Numbered from the stretch's first letter, positions 26,171 to 37,000 are shown. The stretch: 64,000 nucleotides of DNA from Clostridia bacterium (GCA_045545475.1 JAZQAZ010000020.1:1-64000); one strand, 5' to 3'. Translations and numbers: made by a program. The notes: generated from the letters alone by a model not told the origin.

Positions 26171-27274
26171 ATGATGGAAAAAATGATTAAAACATCTCCT
26201 GCAGTATTCCTGGCAGGTGACGAATATCAGATTACAGTACCCGTTAACGAAAGCTGCCTTATGTGGGTTAAGGTAGGAAACGAAATATATTATGACGATT
26301 CCAACGGAATACTCCGCTCCGCTACGGATGTTCATAAGGTGTCTGTTCCGAAAGATGAACTTGACAGAGCAGGTAAATATACCCTTTGTTTAAGACCTGT
26401 TTTTGAAAGAAAGCCCTATTTTTCCGAAACGGGAGAAGTTATTGAAAAGGAATTTATGTTTTATCCTCCAAAGGAAGATAAAATAATCGCCTATGAAATT
26501 GCCGATGCACACAATACTGTTGGCATAGTGCTTGATGCATATTACAAATTCCGTGATGAATACGGAAAGGCGGATTTTTTAATCCTTAACGGCGACGTTC
26601 CCGCACATTGCGACAAGGGGTCCGACATCGATGTGGTATTTAAGCTTATTGAAGGGGTAACCGGGGGAAGCATCCCCGTTATCTTTGCAAGAGGAAACCA
26701 CGATACACGTGGAACTACCGCTGAAATTTTTGAAAATTACACTCCTACATATGAAGGCAAGACTTACTTTACCGCAAAAATCGGAAATATATGGATGGTC
26801 ATTCTTGATTGCGGGGAGGATAAACTTGATTCAAACGAGGAATACGGAAACACCAACTGCTTTGCTGCTTTCAGAAAAAAGGAAACAAAGTTTCTGGAAA
26901 AGGTTTGTGCCGAAAAGGATTATGAAAAGGACGATGTGTACTATAAGGCTGTAATATGCCACCATCCCTTTACAAGAAAATGTCCTCCGCCTTTTAACAT
27001 TGAAGAGGATACATATGAATACTGGTCAAAGCTTGTGAGGGAAAACATAAAGCCAGACATTATGATCTGCGGTCACAAGCACAAGCTTTCTTTTGATTTG
27101 CCGGGCGGCGAAAATGACGACTTCGGTCAGGCGTGTCCCGTTGTCGTAGGCTCTGAAATAAACTTCAGGGAAAACTATTATGCGGGAAGCGGATATGTTT
27201 TTGAAAAGGATAAAATTACTGTTATTTTCAATGACAAAGAAAAAATAGTGAATACTTACGAAATAAAAAAGTAA
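26171..27274 (+). CDS. Calcineurin-like metallophosphoesterase
   Basis: ADAH, NGD, RGNHDTRG, LDCGEDK, CGHKH; GAGGTG RBS. Confidence 0.88.
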   Translation: MMEKMIKTSPAVFLAGDEYQITVPVNESCLMWVKVGNEIYYDDSNGILRSATDVHKVSVPKDELDRAGKYTLCLRPVFERKPYFSETGEVIEKEFMFYPPKEDKIIAYEIADAHNTVGIVLDAYYKFRDEYGKADFLILNGDVPAHCDKGSDIDVVFKLIEGVTGGSIPVIFARGNHDTRGTTAEIFENYTPTYEGKTYFTAKIGNIWMVILDCGEDKLDSNEEYGNTNCFAAFRKKETKFLEKVCAEKDYEKDDVYYKAVICHHPFTRKCPPPFNIEEDTYEYWSKLVRENIKPDIMICGHKHKLSFDLPGGENDDFGQACPVVVGSEINFRENYYAGSGYVFEKDKITVIFNDKEKIVNTYEIKK

Positions 27275-27290
27275 GACTAAGGAGAAGGCT

Positions 27291-27635
27291 ATGATTAAGA
27301 CAAAAGAAGAACTTATAAGAGACGTGGCAGGAAACGGCAAGGGCGGAATTAAGCTTGCCCTTACGGACCTTAAAAATTTCCCCGGAGTATCCGATAAGCT
27401 CGGGATGTTTTCCATCGCTGAGGTTGGCTACGGCGAAATGGTGGATTTTCACATTCACGAAGGCGATGCGGAGCTTTATTACATTTTGGAGGGCACCGGC
27501 CTTTATGATGACAACGGCGAAATGAAAACCGTAACTCCCGGCACAGTTACCTTCACACCCTCGGGAAGCGGCCACAGCATAAAAAATGTGGGCGAGGGAA
27601 TACTTAAATTTGTAGCATTAATTATTAAGGACTGA
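27291..27635 (+). CDS. Cupin domain protein
   Basis: FHIHEGDAELYYILEGTG...GSGHSIKN. Confidence 0.9.
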   Translation: MIKTKEELIRDVAGNGKGGIKLALTDLKNFPGVSDKLGMFSIAEVGYGEMVDFHIHEGDAELYYILEGTGLYDDNGEMKTVTPGTVTFTPSGSGHSIKNVGEGILKFVALIIKD

Positions 27636-27639
27636 TTTT

Positions 27640-29073
27640 ATGAATCGCAGTGCAGGCGTACTTATGCACATATCATCGCTTTACGGCGACTATTCAATTG
27701 GAAGCTTCGGAAAAGAGGCTAAAGAATTTGTTGATTTTCTTTCCTCCATGGGCTTTTCCTGGTGGCAGGTTTTACCCTTTTCCATGGCGGACGAGTGCAA
27801 CTCTCCCTATAAATCCTACTCGGCATTTGCGGGAAATCCCTATTTTGTGGATTTGCCCACACTCTGTGAAAAAGGACTTCTGACAAAGGAGGAGCTTTTA
27901 TCCTGCCGTCAGAAATCACCCTACGGTGCGGAGTTTGAGCGTTTGAAAAAAGAAAGGCTTGATATCCTCCGTCTTGCAGCAAAGCGTGTCAAGGATAAAG
28001 AAAAGATAGAGGTGTTTATCGAAACGAAGCCTCACCTTTCTGATTTTGCAGAGTTTATGGCACTTAAAAAGGCAAATGGCGGTGCAGAGTGGAACACGTG
28101 GAAAAACTACGAAGCAGATTCCGAGGAAATCTTTTTGTGGAAGTTCATCCAGTATGAATTTTATACTGAATGGATGGATGTAAAGAATTATGCCAACTCT
28201 AAGGGCATAAAGATAATAGGTGACATCCCGATTTACGTTTCCTATGACAGTGCGGACGTTTATAAAAACCGCAGTCAGTTTTTGCTTGATAAGGATAATT
28301 ATCCTAAGTGCGTTGCGGGAGTTCCTCCGGACTATTTCTGTGAGGACGGTCAGCTTTGGGGGAATCCCTTATACGACTGGAAGGAAATGAAAAAGGACAA
28401 CTTCTCTTGGTGGCGTGACAGACTTTCCTATATGACGGAGCTTTTTGACGGTGTGAGAATTGACCATTTCAGAGGTCTTTCATCCTACTACAGCATTCCT
28501 TTTGGCGAAGAAACCGCAAGAAACGGCAAATGGGTAAAGGGCCCCGGTAAAGCATTTATCAATGCGGTTAAAGAGGTTTGTGAGGGTAAGCTTATCATAG
28601 CCGAGGACTTAGGCGACATCACAGAGGATGTTTATGAGCTTGTTAAATACAGCACTTTTCCCGGAATGAGAGTTCTGCAGTTCGGATTTTTAGGGGACGA
28701 TGACAACATCCATCTTCCGCATAACTATGAGAAAAACACAGTTGCCTATACTGGAACTCACGACAATAACACACTTCTTGGTTATGTGTGGGAGCTTTCC
28801 GACGAAAACCGCAGAAGACTTTTTGATTATGTTGGATACCTTGAGCCCGACTGGGACAAGGGCTATGATGATGTGCTCCGGACTATGCTTCAGAGCCATT
28901 CTGACCTTGTAATATTCCCCATACAGGATTTGCTTTGCTACGGTGCCGATACGAGACTTAACACACCCGGCAAAGCCTTTGGTAACTGGGAATACCGTGT
29001 GACGAAGGAACAGCTTATGGGAATTGATAGAGAAAAGTTTTCAAAATGGCTTATGCTTTATAAAAGAAGATAG
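27640..29073 (+). CDS. malQ: 4-alpha-glucanotransferase (amylomaltase, GH77)
   Basis: AGVLMHISSL, WQVLP, SPY, GVPPDYF..DGQLWGNP, RIDHFRG, AEDLG, YTGTHDN. Confidence 0.96.
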   Translation: MNRSAGVLMHISSLYGDYSIGSFGKEAKEFVDFLSSMGFSWWQVLPFSMADECNSPYKSYSAFAGNPYFVDLPTLCEKGLLTKEELLSCRQKSPYGAEFERLKKERLDILRLAAKRVKDKEKIEVFIETKPHLSDFAEFMALKKANGGAEWNTWKNYEADSEEIFLWKFIQYEFYTEWMDVKNYANSKGIKIIGDIPIYVSYDSADVYKNRSQFLLDKDNYPKCVAGVPPDYFCEDGQLWGNPLYDWKEMKKDNFSWWRDRLSYMTELFDGVRIDHFRGLSSYYSIPFGEETARNGKWVKGPGKAFINAVKEVCEGKLIIAEDLGDITEDVYELVKYSTFPGMRVLQFGFLGDDDNIHLPHNYEKNTVAYTGTHDNNTLLGYVWELSDENRRRLFDYVGYLEPDWDKGYDDVLRTMLQSHSDLVIFPIQDLLCYGADTRLNTPGKAFGNWEYRVTKEQLMGIDREKFSKWLMLYKRR

Positions 29074-29084
29074 GGAATAATGAA

Positions 29085-29930
29085 ATGTATGATTTTTTAA
29101 TATGGCTGCAGGGCTTTGAAAACCCCTTTCTTACAGGATTTTTCAGCCTTGTATCAGACATAATTGCACCGCTGCCCCTTTCGGTGATTGCAGTTATAAT
29201 TTACTGGTGCATAAGTAAAAAAAGGGGAATTGCCCTGGCACTTTCGGTAATTTCTGCGGTTACGGTTAACACCGGACTTAAGCTCATTTTCCGTGTGCCA
29301 CGCCCGTTTAATGTAAATGAAGGGATAAAAAGGATGGATGATACGGACGGATTTTCCTTTCCTTCGGGCCATTCCCAGCAGGCTGGAACATTTGCTTATT
29401 TCACCGTAAGTGCGGTAAAGAGAAAAACATTAGGTATAATCCTTGGGATTTTACTGATACTTTCTGTAACTTTGAGCCGTATGTACCTCGGAATGCATAC
29501 GCCGCTGGATGTTACAGTTGGGGTTATATTAGGCCTTATGATAACTCCTGCTGTGGTTTTTTTTACAAAAGAGGCAGATGAGAAGAAAAAAACGTATATT
29601 CTTCATGCGGTTACACTGATAAGTGCAATTTTAATGGTTTTCACAGACTTTCATAAAGATTTTGTTTCGATGACAGGCCTGTCTTTCGGAGCTGTCACGG
29701 GGTATATGATAGATGAAAAATACATTTTCTACCGTGTACCAGAAAAAACAAAACATAAAATAATCGCAGGAATAACCGGGCTTATAACAATCGGAGTTGT
29801 AAAGCTTTTGTTTGCCATTATTCCGCTTGAAAATTGGTATATAAGACTTCTGGACTATGGAACATTCGGCTTTGCCGTTACAGCTATAGCACCATACCTG
29901 ATAAAGAAGATAATTAAAGAAGGAGAATGA
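29085..29930 (+). CDS. PAP2-family membrane phosphatase
   Basis: K...RVPRP, SFPSGH, SRMYLGMH...D. Confidence 0.92.
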   Translation: MYDFLIWLQGFENPFLTGFFSLVSDIIAPLPLSVIAVIIYWCISKKRGIALALSVISAVTVNTGLKLIFRVPRPFNVNEGIKRMDDTDGFSFPSGHSQQAGTFAYFTVSAVKRKTLGIILGILLILSVTLSRMYLGMHTPLDVTVGVILGLMITPAVVFFTKEADEKKKTYILHAVTLISAILMVFTDFHKDFVSMTGLSFGAVTGYMIDEKYIFYRVPEKTKHKIIAGITGLITIGVVKLLFAIIPLENWYIRLLDYGTFGFAVTAIAPYLIKKIIKEGE

Positions 29931-32086
29931 AAATGGACGTAAAAAAACATTATGCCGAATCTAGAAGGCGAGCAGAAGAAATGCTCGCAAAAATGAATCT
30001 TACAGAAAAAATCGGTCAGCTTTCCCAGTTTGGAACTTCTATTTATACAAACGATGAGCAGGTTTTTGAAGATCACTTTGCTGAGGGAAAGGTTGGCTCT
30101 TATCTTACAATAAAGGGTGCAGAGAAGACCAACAGAATACAGGAGTTACTCCTTTCCATTACAAGACTTAAGATTCCGGCACTTTTTGCAGAAGATGTAA
30201 TTCACGGCTACAGAACCACAGCTCCCATTCCTCTGGCGCAGGCTGCAACCTGGGAGCCTGAACTTACTAAAAAGAGCTGTGAGGTTGCGGCAAAGGAGTG
30301 TTATGCCGCAGGTATTAAATGGACATTTTCTCCTATGGTTGATATAGCCAGAGACCCCAGGTGGGGTAGAATTGCAGAGGGCTACGGAGAGGATACATAT
30401 CTTTGCTCGGACTTTGCACGTGCGGCGGTTTCGGGTTATCAGGGCGACTACATAGGACAAAAGGACCACGTTCTTGCCTGCATGAAGCACTATGTTGCCT
30501 ACGGTGCCTGCGTCGGAGGACGTGACTATGACAGCGTTGATATGTCAATGCAGACGCTTTTTGACGTATATCTTCCTCCCTTCAAGGCAGGAATTGATGC
30601 AGGTGCGGCAACTGTTATGGCGGCGTTCAACGATGTGAACGGAGTTCCTTGTTCGGGCAATAAATATCTCCTTCGTGATGTACTCCGTAAAAAGCTTGGT
30701 TTCTCAGGCTTTGTTGTAAGCGATGCAAACTCTGTAATGGAATTAATTCCTCACGGCTATGCAAAGGACGGCAAGGATGCGGCACGTCTTGCCTTCGGTG
30801 GCGGTGTTGATATGCTTATGGCGGGAGACCTTTACAATAACAGTATCCCTGAGCTTATCAATGAAGGTAAAATAGATCCCAAACTTGTGGACGAATCAGT
30901 TCTTACAATTCTCACACTTAAATATATGCTTGGTCTTTTCGAGGAGCCTTATGTTGATCCTGACGGCGAAGGTTGCTTCTTTGCTCCCGAACATCTGGAG
31001 GCGGCAAGAGAGTGTGCTAAAAATGCAATAGTTCTTTTGGAAAATAACGGTATATTGCCCCTTAAAAAAGGCAAGAAGATTGCACTAATCGGACCTCTTG
31101 CATCTGACAATATAGCTGTACTCGGAACATGGACCTGCCTTTATGACAAGGAAAAGACGGTCACAATTGAAAAGGGACTTAAAGAGCTTTATGACGGAAA
31201 CATCACTACATCAAAAGGCTGCGGATACGGTGATGAAGAAGACGAAGGCGACTGGAATAAAGAAATAAAGAGTGCTGTAGCGAAGGCGAAAAAGAGCGAT
31301 ATCGTTATTGCCTGTGTTGGTGAAAACCGTGATATGTCCGGCGAAGCAAGAAGCCGTTCATCAATTGAAATTCCCGGTCACCAGAAGGAATTGATCGAAG
31401 CACTCCTTGCAACAGGAAAGCCTGTTGTACTCATTGTCGGTGGAGGAAGACCGCTGATTCTTTCTGAATATAAAGACAGAGCTGCTGCAATTGTTTATAT
31501 GTGGCATCTTGGTACGGAAACAGGCCACGCTGTTGCGGATGTGCTTACAGGTGCACACAATCCTTCGGGACATCTTCCTGTAAGTTTCCCCAGAAGCACA
31601 GGACAGATTCCCGTATACTATAACTACCTTGCGACAGGTAAGCCTGCGTATAACAAGCGTCGTTTTGAAGCTAAGTATCAGGATGTTGAAATAGGGGCAC
31701 TTTATCCCTTCGGATACGGTAAGAGCTATACGGAATTTGCTTATTCCAATTTGAGGCTCTCATCTGATAAGATGGATAAGAAGGGACAGATTGAAGTAAG
31801 CGTTGATATTGAAAACGTAGGTGAATATGGCGGAAGCGATGTTGTTCAGCTTTACATAAGAGACTTAATCGGAAGCAGAGTAAGACCTGTCAAGGAGCTT
31901 AAGGGGTATAAAAAGCTTTACCTTGAAAAGGGCGAAAAGAAAACTGTTACCATTAAGCTTAAGGCAAAGGATCTTGCTTTTACAAATGACGAAATGAAAA
32001 AGGTAGTGGAAGAAGGCGAATTTCTGGTGTTTGTTGCACACGACTCATCAGACAGCGAGCTTTCGGCAACATTTTTCGTTGAATAA
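29927..32086 (+). CDS. Beta-glucosidase BglX-like, GH3
   Basis: EKIGQL, RDPRWGRIAEGYGED, KHY, GFVVSD, YPFGYG.SYT, C-terminal FN3-like domain; no signal peptide. Confidence 0.93.
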   Translation: MKMDVKKHYAESRRRAEEMLAKMNLTEKIGQLSQFGTSIYTNDEQVFEDHFAEGKVGSYLTIKGAEKTNRIQELLLSITRLKIPALFAEDVIHGYRTTAPIPLAQAATWEPELTKKSCEVAAKECYAAGIKWTFSPMVDIARDPRWGRIAEGYGEDTYLCSDFARAAVSGYQGDYIGQKDHVLACMKHYVAYGACVGGRDYDSVDMSMQTLFDVYLPPFKAGIDAGAATVMAAFNDVNGVPCSGNKYLLRDVLRKKLGFSGFVVSDANSVMELIPHGYAKDGKDAARLAFGGGVDMLMAGDLYNNSIPELINEGKIDPKLVDESVLTILTLKYMLGLFEEPYVDPDGEGCFFAPEHLEAARECAKNAIVLLENNGILPLKKGKKIALIGPLASDNIAVLGTWTCLYDKEKTVTIEKGLKELYDGNITTSKGCGYGDEEDEGDWNKEIKSAVAKAKKSDIVIACVGENRDMSGEARSRSSIEIPGHQKELIEALLATGKPVVLIVGGGRPLILSEYKDRAAAIVYMWHLGTETGHAVADVLTGAHNPSGHLPVSFPRSTGQIPVYYNYLATGKPAYNKRRFEAKYQDVEIGALYPFGYGKSYTEFAYSNLRLSSDKMDKKGQIEVSVDIENVGEYGGSDVVQLYIRDLIGSRVRPVKELKGYKKLYLEKGEKKTVTIKLKAKDLAFTNDEMKKVVEEGEFLVFVAHDSSDSELSATFFVE

Positions 32087-32107
32087 AATCTATAAGGAGG
32101 GATTTTG

Positions 32108-33403
32108 ATGTTTTCCGAAACCTTCAGAGGTGGTATACATCCCAATGACCACAAGGAACAGACTAAAAATGTGGCGGTCAAAAAAATAAAACCCGGTGAA
32201 ATACTTACATATGTTTTGAGCCAGGGCGGAAGAGGATGCACGCCTTTAGTACAAAAGGGAGACAGGGTGTTAAAGGGGCAGATGATTGCAGACAGCAATG
32301 AATTTGTTTCAGCACCCATTCACGCCAGTGTATCTGGTACGGTTGAAAAAATTGAAAAGGTAATTACTCAAAAGGGAGATATGGCAGATGCCATTATCGT
32401 AAGAAACGACTTTGCCGAAGAATCGGTTGAGCTTCATCCCATTCGTCCCGAAGGCTATGTTACCAAGGAGGAACTGGTTAAAGAAGTCCGCAGGGCAGGT
32501 ATTGTGGGAATGGGTGGTGCAGGCTTTCCTACACATGTTAAGCTTGCAACAGACAAAAAAATAGACACGATTATCGTAAACGGCTCCGAGTGCGAACCTT
32601 ATCTTACCAGCGATTACCGTGTATTGGTTGAAAAACCCGAAGCCATGATTGACGGACTTGACATAGTTATTCATGCTTACGGTGTAAAAAACGGTATTAT
32701 AGCAATTGAAGATAATAAGAAAGACGTTGTTCCGTCCCTTACCAAAAAGATTAAAAGCTCAATGAAGATAAAGGTTCTTAAAACAAAATATCCTCAGGGA
32801 AGTGAAAAACAGCTTATCTATGCCGTTACCGGAAGAATTGTTCCCGAAGGCGGGCTTCCTGCGGATGTGGGAGTTTTGGTACTTAATGTTGATACTATGG
32901 CATCGATAAGCCGTGCCATAAGGCGAGGACTTCCCATAACTAGAAGAACGGTTACAATTTCGGGCAAGGCTGTAAAAGAGCCGGGGAACTATTTTGTAAG
33001 AATAGGTATGAGCTTCGAGGAAATCTTTGAGGCGGCAGGCGGCTTTACAGAAAAGCCTGCAAAACTCATAACAGGCGGTCCTATGATGGGTGGAGCAATT
33101 TATTCCCTTAAAATTCCTTTCACAAAAACCAATTCGGGAATTTTAGCACTTACGGAAGAAGAACTCGGCACGAAGGATGAGGTGGCCTGCATCAGATGCG
33201 GACGGTGCGTTGAAGCGTGTCCCATGGGACTTATGCCGGTTAGCCTTACAAAGTGCATAAGGGAAAAAGACTGGGAACAGGCAAAAAAGTCGGGACTTAT
33301 GTCTTGTATAGAATGCGGATGCTGTGCATATACCTGTCCTTCAGACAGAAATCCCGTGGCTGTAATACGTCGCGGAAAGAATGCAATCCGTAGCGGAAAG
33401 TGA
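32108..33403 (+). CDS. rnfC: Rnf complex subunit C
   Basis: FRGGIHP, GIVGMGGAGFPTHVK, ECEPY, KYPQGSEKQL, two CxxCxxCxxxCP motifs. Confidence 0.96.
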   Translation: MFSETFRGGIHPNDHKEQTKNVAVKKIKPGEILTYVLSQGGRGCTPLVQKGDRVLKGQMIADSNEFVSAPIHASVSGTVEKIEKVITQKGDMADAIIVRNDFAEESVELHPIRPEGYVTKEELVKEVRRAGIVGMGGAGFPTHVKLATDKKIDTIIVNGSECEPYLTSDYRVLVEKPEAMIDGLDIVIHAYGVKNGIIAIEDNKKDVVPSLTKKIKSSMKIKVLKTKYPQGSEKQLIYAVTGRIVPEGGLPADVGVLVLNVDTMASISRAIRRGLPITRRTVTISGKAVKEPGNYFVRIGMSFEEIFEAAGGFTEKPAKLITGGPMMGGAIYSLKIPFTKTNSGILALTEEELGTKDEVACIRCGRCVEACPMGLMPVSLTKCIREKDWEQAKKSGLMSCIECGCCAYTCPSDRNPVAVIRRGKNAIRSGK

Positions 33404-33413
33404 GGCGGAATGA

Positions 33414-34394
33414 ATGGAAAATTTTGATGAAAAAAGCTTGAAGGTTTCTGAAACTCCTCATTTAAGGAGCTATAAGAAAACTTCCAATATTATGTTCAAG
33501 GTGTTCCTTGCTCTTTGTCCGGCGGCGTTTTACGGAGTATATGTTTTCGGGCCGAGAGCGGCAATTATGATTCTGGTTTCAATTGCAGCTTGTCTCTTGT
33601 CTGAAACTGTTTATAATCTTATTGCGAAGAAAAAAAATACCGTTTCCGACGGAAGTGCCTTGGTTACAGGGATGCTTATTGCGATGAATGTGTCATCGTT
33701 AATGCCATACTGGCAGGTTGCATTGGGATGTGCGTTTGCAATAATTGTTGTAAAACAGCTTTTCGGAGGACTTGGATGTAACTTCATGAATCCGGCACTG
33801 GCAGGTCGTGCGTTTTTAATGGCGTCTTTTGCAGGGAATATGACTTCCTGGGCTGTTCCCTTTGATAAGAGTTTTAGCGCGGCCGAGGCTGTAACCGGTG
33901 CAACACCTCTTGCCGTGGCAAATACAAGCGAAGCGGCATCCTTATCGAATTTGTTTTTCGGAAATACCGGCGGATGTATCGGTGAAACAAGTGCACTTTT
34001 GCTTATTCTCGGCGGAGTTTATCTCATAGCCACAGGAATAATAAGAATACATATGCCCCTTAGTTATATAGGAACGGTATTCGTACTTACACTTATCACC
34101 ACATCATTTGATTTCATGCTTACACTTAAATATCTTCTTTCCGGCGGTCTTATGCTTGGTGCCTTCTTTATGGCAACCGACTATGTAACAAGCCCCATAA
34201 CAGGAAAGGGAAGAGTGGTTGGCGGTATCCTTTGCGGTATCTTAACCGTAGCAATAAGAGTTTACGGCGGATATCCTGAGGGCGTTAGTTATTCAATTTT
34301 GCTTATGAATGCGGCAACACCTTTGATTGACAAAGTATGTCGCAGAAAGAGATTTGGGGAGGTGTCTACATGGAAAAAGAAAAAACAGGCATAA
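33414..34394 (+). CDS. rnfD: Rnf complex subunit D
   Basis: FGGLG.NFMNPAL.GR, FMN site TGATPL, GCIGETS, FFMATDY. Confidence 0.96.
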   Translation: MENFDEKSLKVSETPHLRSYKKTSNIMFKVFLALCPAAFYGVYVFGPRAAIMILVSIAACLLSETVYNLIAKKKNTVSDGSALVTGMLIAMNVSSLMPYWQVALGCAFAIIVVKQLFGGLGCNFMNPALAGRAFLMASFAGNMTSWAVPFDKSFSAAEAVTGATPLAVANTSEAASLSNLFFGNTGGCIGETSALLLILGGVYLIATGIIRIHMPLSYIGTVFVLTLITTSFDFMLTLKYLLSGGLMLGAFFMATDYVTSPITGKGRVVGGILCGILTVAIRVYGGYPEGVSYSILLMNAATPLIDKVCRRKRFGEVSTWKKKKQA

Positions 34395-34942
34395 TTTCTG
34401 TTGCATTAAAGCTTTTTATAATCTGTTTTGTTTCAACTCTTATTTTGGCTTTTGTTAACACACTCACCAAGGAAATAATTGAAGAAAATAATAAAAAAGT
34501 TTTTGCTGAAGGATGCGAGTATGTGCTTCCGGGAGCTGACAAAACCGAGGTTATTGATATATCTTCTTATCTTCCCGGTGCTGAGGCGGCTCTTTCATAC
34601 GATGCACAGGGCTTCGTTATGGGTATTTCCATTAAGCAGAGCATAAAAGGTTATAACTCCGGTCTTGTGCTTATGACAGGTGTGGCAAGAGACGGCGTGA
34701 CCGTTACAGGTATAAAGATTTTAGAACACTCTGAAACCCCCGGACTTGGAGCTCTTGCTGACAGCGAAAACTTTACGGAGCAGTTCAGAGAAAAAGTAGC
34801 ACCCTTAAAAACAGAAAAAGACGGCGGAGAAATCGTAGCTATAACAGGTGCAACAAAAACCACCAAGGGAATAATAGATAACGGCGTAAATAAAGCGGTT
34901 GAAGCCGCGTCTGAATATTTCAAAAAGGAGGGGATTGAATGA
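34370..34942 (+). CDS. rnfG: Rnf complex subunit G
   Basis: N-terminal TM helix, HSETPGLG, FMN site ITGAT; GGAGG RBS before ATG 34370. Confidence 0.93.
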   Translation: MEKEKTGIISVALKLFIICFVSTLILAFVNTLTKEIIEENNKKVFAEGCEYVLPGADKTEVIDISSYLPGAEAALSYDAQGFVMGISIKQSIKGYNSGLVLMTGVARDGVTVTGIKILEHSETPGLGALADSENFTEQFREKVAPLKTEKDGGEIVAITGATKTTKGIIDNGVNKAVEAASEYFKKEGIE

Positions 34943-35508
34943 AACTTTTGAAAGACAGCCTTAAACGAGGTATAATCACTGAAAATCCCACCTTTGTGCT
35001 GGTGCTTGGTATGTGTCCTACGCTTGCTGTAACAACCACTGTGGCAAACGGAATCGGTATGGGACTTTCTGCAACCGTTGTGTTAATGCTTTCAAACTTC
35101 TTTATTTCACTTCTTCGTAAATTCATACCCCAGAAGGTAAGAATTGCGGCGTACATAGTTGTTATTGCAAGCTTTGTAACGATAGTGCAGATGCTTCTTC
35201 AGGCGTATTTCCCGGACCTTTATAAGAGCCTGGGAATATTCATTCCGCTAATCGTTGTAAACTGTATAATTCTTGCAAGAGCAGAAGCTTTTGCGTCCAA
35301 GAACGGACCTTTTGCATCACTTCTTGACGGACTTGGCATGGGCCTTGGATTTACAGTTTCGCTGACACTTATTTCGGCAATAAGACAGGTTTTGGGTTCG
35401 GTATTGAACATCGGATTTTTCACACTTCCTCCGGGGGGATTTTTGGTACTGGGACTTCTTCTTGCTGCATTTGGTGTACTCAGTAATAAAGGAGGTAAGG
35501 ATAAATGA
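34939..35508 (+). CDS. rnfE: Rnf complex subunit E
   Basis: ENP.FV.VLGMCPTLAVT, IPLIVVNC, LPPGGF. Confidence 0.95.
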   Translation: MKLLKDSLKRGIITENPTFVLVLGMCPTLAVTTTVANGIGMGLSATVVLMLSNFFISLLRKFIPQKVRIAAYIVVIASFVTIVQMLLQAYFPDLYKSLGIFIPLIVVNCIILARAEAFASKNGPFASLLDGLGMGLGFTVSLTLISAIRQVLGSVLNIGFFTLPPGGFLVLGLLLAAFGVLSNKGGKDK

Positions 35509-36089
35509 TAGCAGAACTTTTTGCAATTTCTCTTGCGGCAATACTGGTTGAAAACTTTGTATTGGTGCAGTTTATGGGTATTTGTCCTTTCCTCGGCGTT
35601 TCCAAAAAGGTTGAAACGGCCCTTGGTATGGGCATTGCTGTTACATTTGTAATGGCTATATCTAATCTTCTTACGTTTATCGTGCAGAAGTATATTCTGG
35701 AAAAACTTAATATCGAATATCTGCAGACAATAGTGTTTATTTTGATTATTGCGGCATTGGTTCAGTTTGTTGAAATGTTCTTGCAGAAATCACTTCCCAC
35801 GCTTTATGCATCCCTTGGTATTTATCTTCCTCTTATAACAACAAACTGTGCGGTACTGGGTGTTGCAATAACTGCGGCAGACGAGTCTTCAAGTGTAATT
35901 ACTGCTGTATGGCAGGGAGCTATGGCAGGCGTGGGCTTCCTTCTTGCGATACTTCTTCTTGCCGGTATCAGAGAAAGACTTGACGATGAGAAATATCCCA
36001 AGGCTTTAAGAGGCTTCCCGATAGCACTTATTACAGCATCGCTTCTTGCCATAGCATTCTTAGGCTTCTCGGGCTTTACTGTAGGTTAA
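35505..36089 (+). CDS. rnfA: Rnf complex subunit A
   Basis: NFVL.QFMGICPFLGVS, LPLITTNCAVLG. Confidence 0.96.
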   Translation: MIAELFAISLAAILVENFVLVQFMGICPFLGVSKKVETALGMGIAVTFVMAISNLLTFIVQKYILEKLNIEYLQTIVFILIIAALVQFVEMFLQKSLPTLYASLGIYLPLITTNCAVLGVAITAADESSSVITAVWQGAMAGVGFLLAILLLAGIRERLDDEKYPKALRGFPIALITASLLAIAFLGFSGFTVG

Positions 36090-36101
36090 GGAGGGTGCGT
36101 T

Positions 36102-36887
36102 ATGAATTTTATGGATATTTTAATTCCTGCATTAATTGTGGGTGCAATTGGTCTTTTTTTCGGTGCACTTCTTGCTGTTGCCGGAATTATCTTTAAGGTG
36201 AAGAAGGATGAAAGAATTCCGTTAATTGAGGAAACTCTTCCGGGGGCAAACTGTGGCGGATGCGGCTATGCGGGATGCTCCGCTTATGCTGAAGCCGTTG
36301 CTGCAGGCGAAGCTCACTGCGACCTCTGCTCCGTCGGAGGAGAGGCTGTTGCTTCCTACATTGCGGAAATAATGGGAGAAAAGTCAGAGTTTGTTAAAAA
36401 GTACGCTTTTGTGGGATGCGAACATGGTGCGGCAGACAGATATGTGTATGAAGGCGCACAGGACTGTGTTTATGCGGCGCAGCTTTCAGGCGGGCCCAAG
36501 AGCTGTACATACGGATGTATCGGTCTCGGTAACTGCGTAAAGGTTTGTCCTACCGCTGCCCTTTCAATGGTTGACGGAAATCCCCATGTTGAAAGGGATA
36601 AGTGCACAGGCTGCGGAGCTTGTATGAGAGCCTGCCCCAGAGGACTTATCAGAATAGTTCCCGAAAAGGCAAAGCTTGCGGTTTCCTGTAATTCTCACGA
36701 TAAGGGTGCGGCAATGAGAAATACCTGCCCCAACGGCTGTATCGGTTGCGGAAAGTGCGAAAGAGTTTGTACTAACGGAGCTATCAAGGTAGTGGATAAT
36801 CTGGCACAGATTGATTATGACAAGTGTATTGCCTGCGGTAAGTGCCTTGAGTCCTGCCCCAAGAAAATTATTAAATACATAATTTGA
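36102..36887 (+). CDS. rnfB: Rnf complex subunit B
   Basis: N-terminal TM helix, LPGANCGGCGYAGC, multiple 4Fe-4S motifs. Confidence 0.95.
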   Translation: MNFMDILIPALIVGAIGLFFGALLAVAGIIFKVKKDERIPLIEETLPGANCGGCGYAGCSAYAEAVAAGEAHCDLCSVGGEAVASYIAEIMGEKSEFVKKYAFVGCEHGAADRYVYEGAQDCVYAAQLSGGPKSCTYGCIGLGNCVKVCPTAALSMVDGNPHVERDKCTGCGACMRACPRGLIRIVPEKAKLAVSCNSHDKGAAMRNTCPNGCIGCGKCERVCTNGAIKVVDNLAQIDYDKCIACGKCLESCPKKIIKYII

Positions 36888-36896
36888 CAATTAGAT

Positions 36897-36930
36897 GAGG
36901 GAGAAATGCATTGCATTTCTCCCTTTATTT
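36897..36930 (+). terminator. Terminator after rnfB
   Basis: GGGAGAAATGCA-T-TGCATTTCTCCC-TTTATTT. Confidence 0.85.
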
Positions 36931-37000
36931 AAATGAAAACACTTGACTATTGGATGATTTTGTAATAAAATATAAATAACTATGTTAGGAGGTAAAAATT

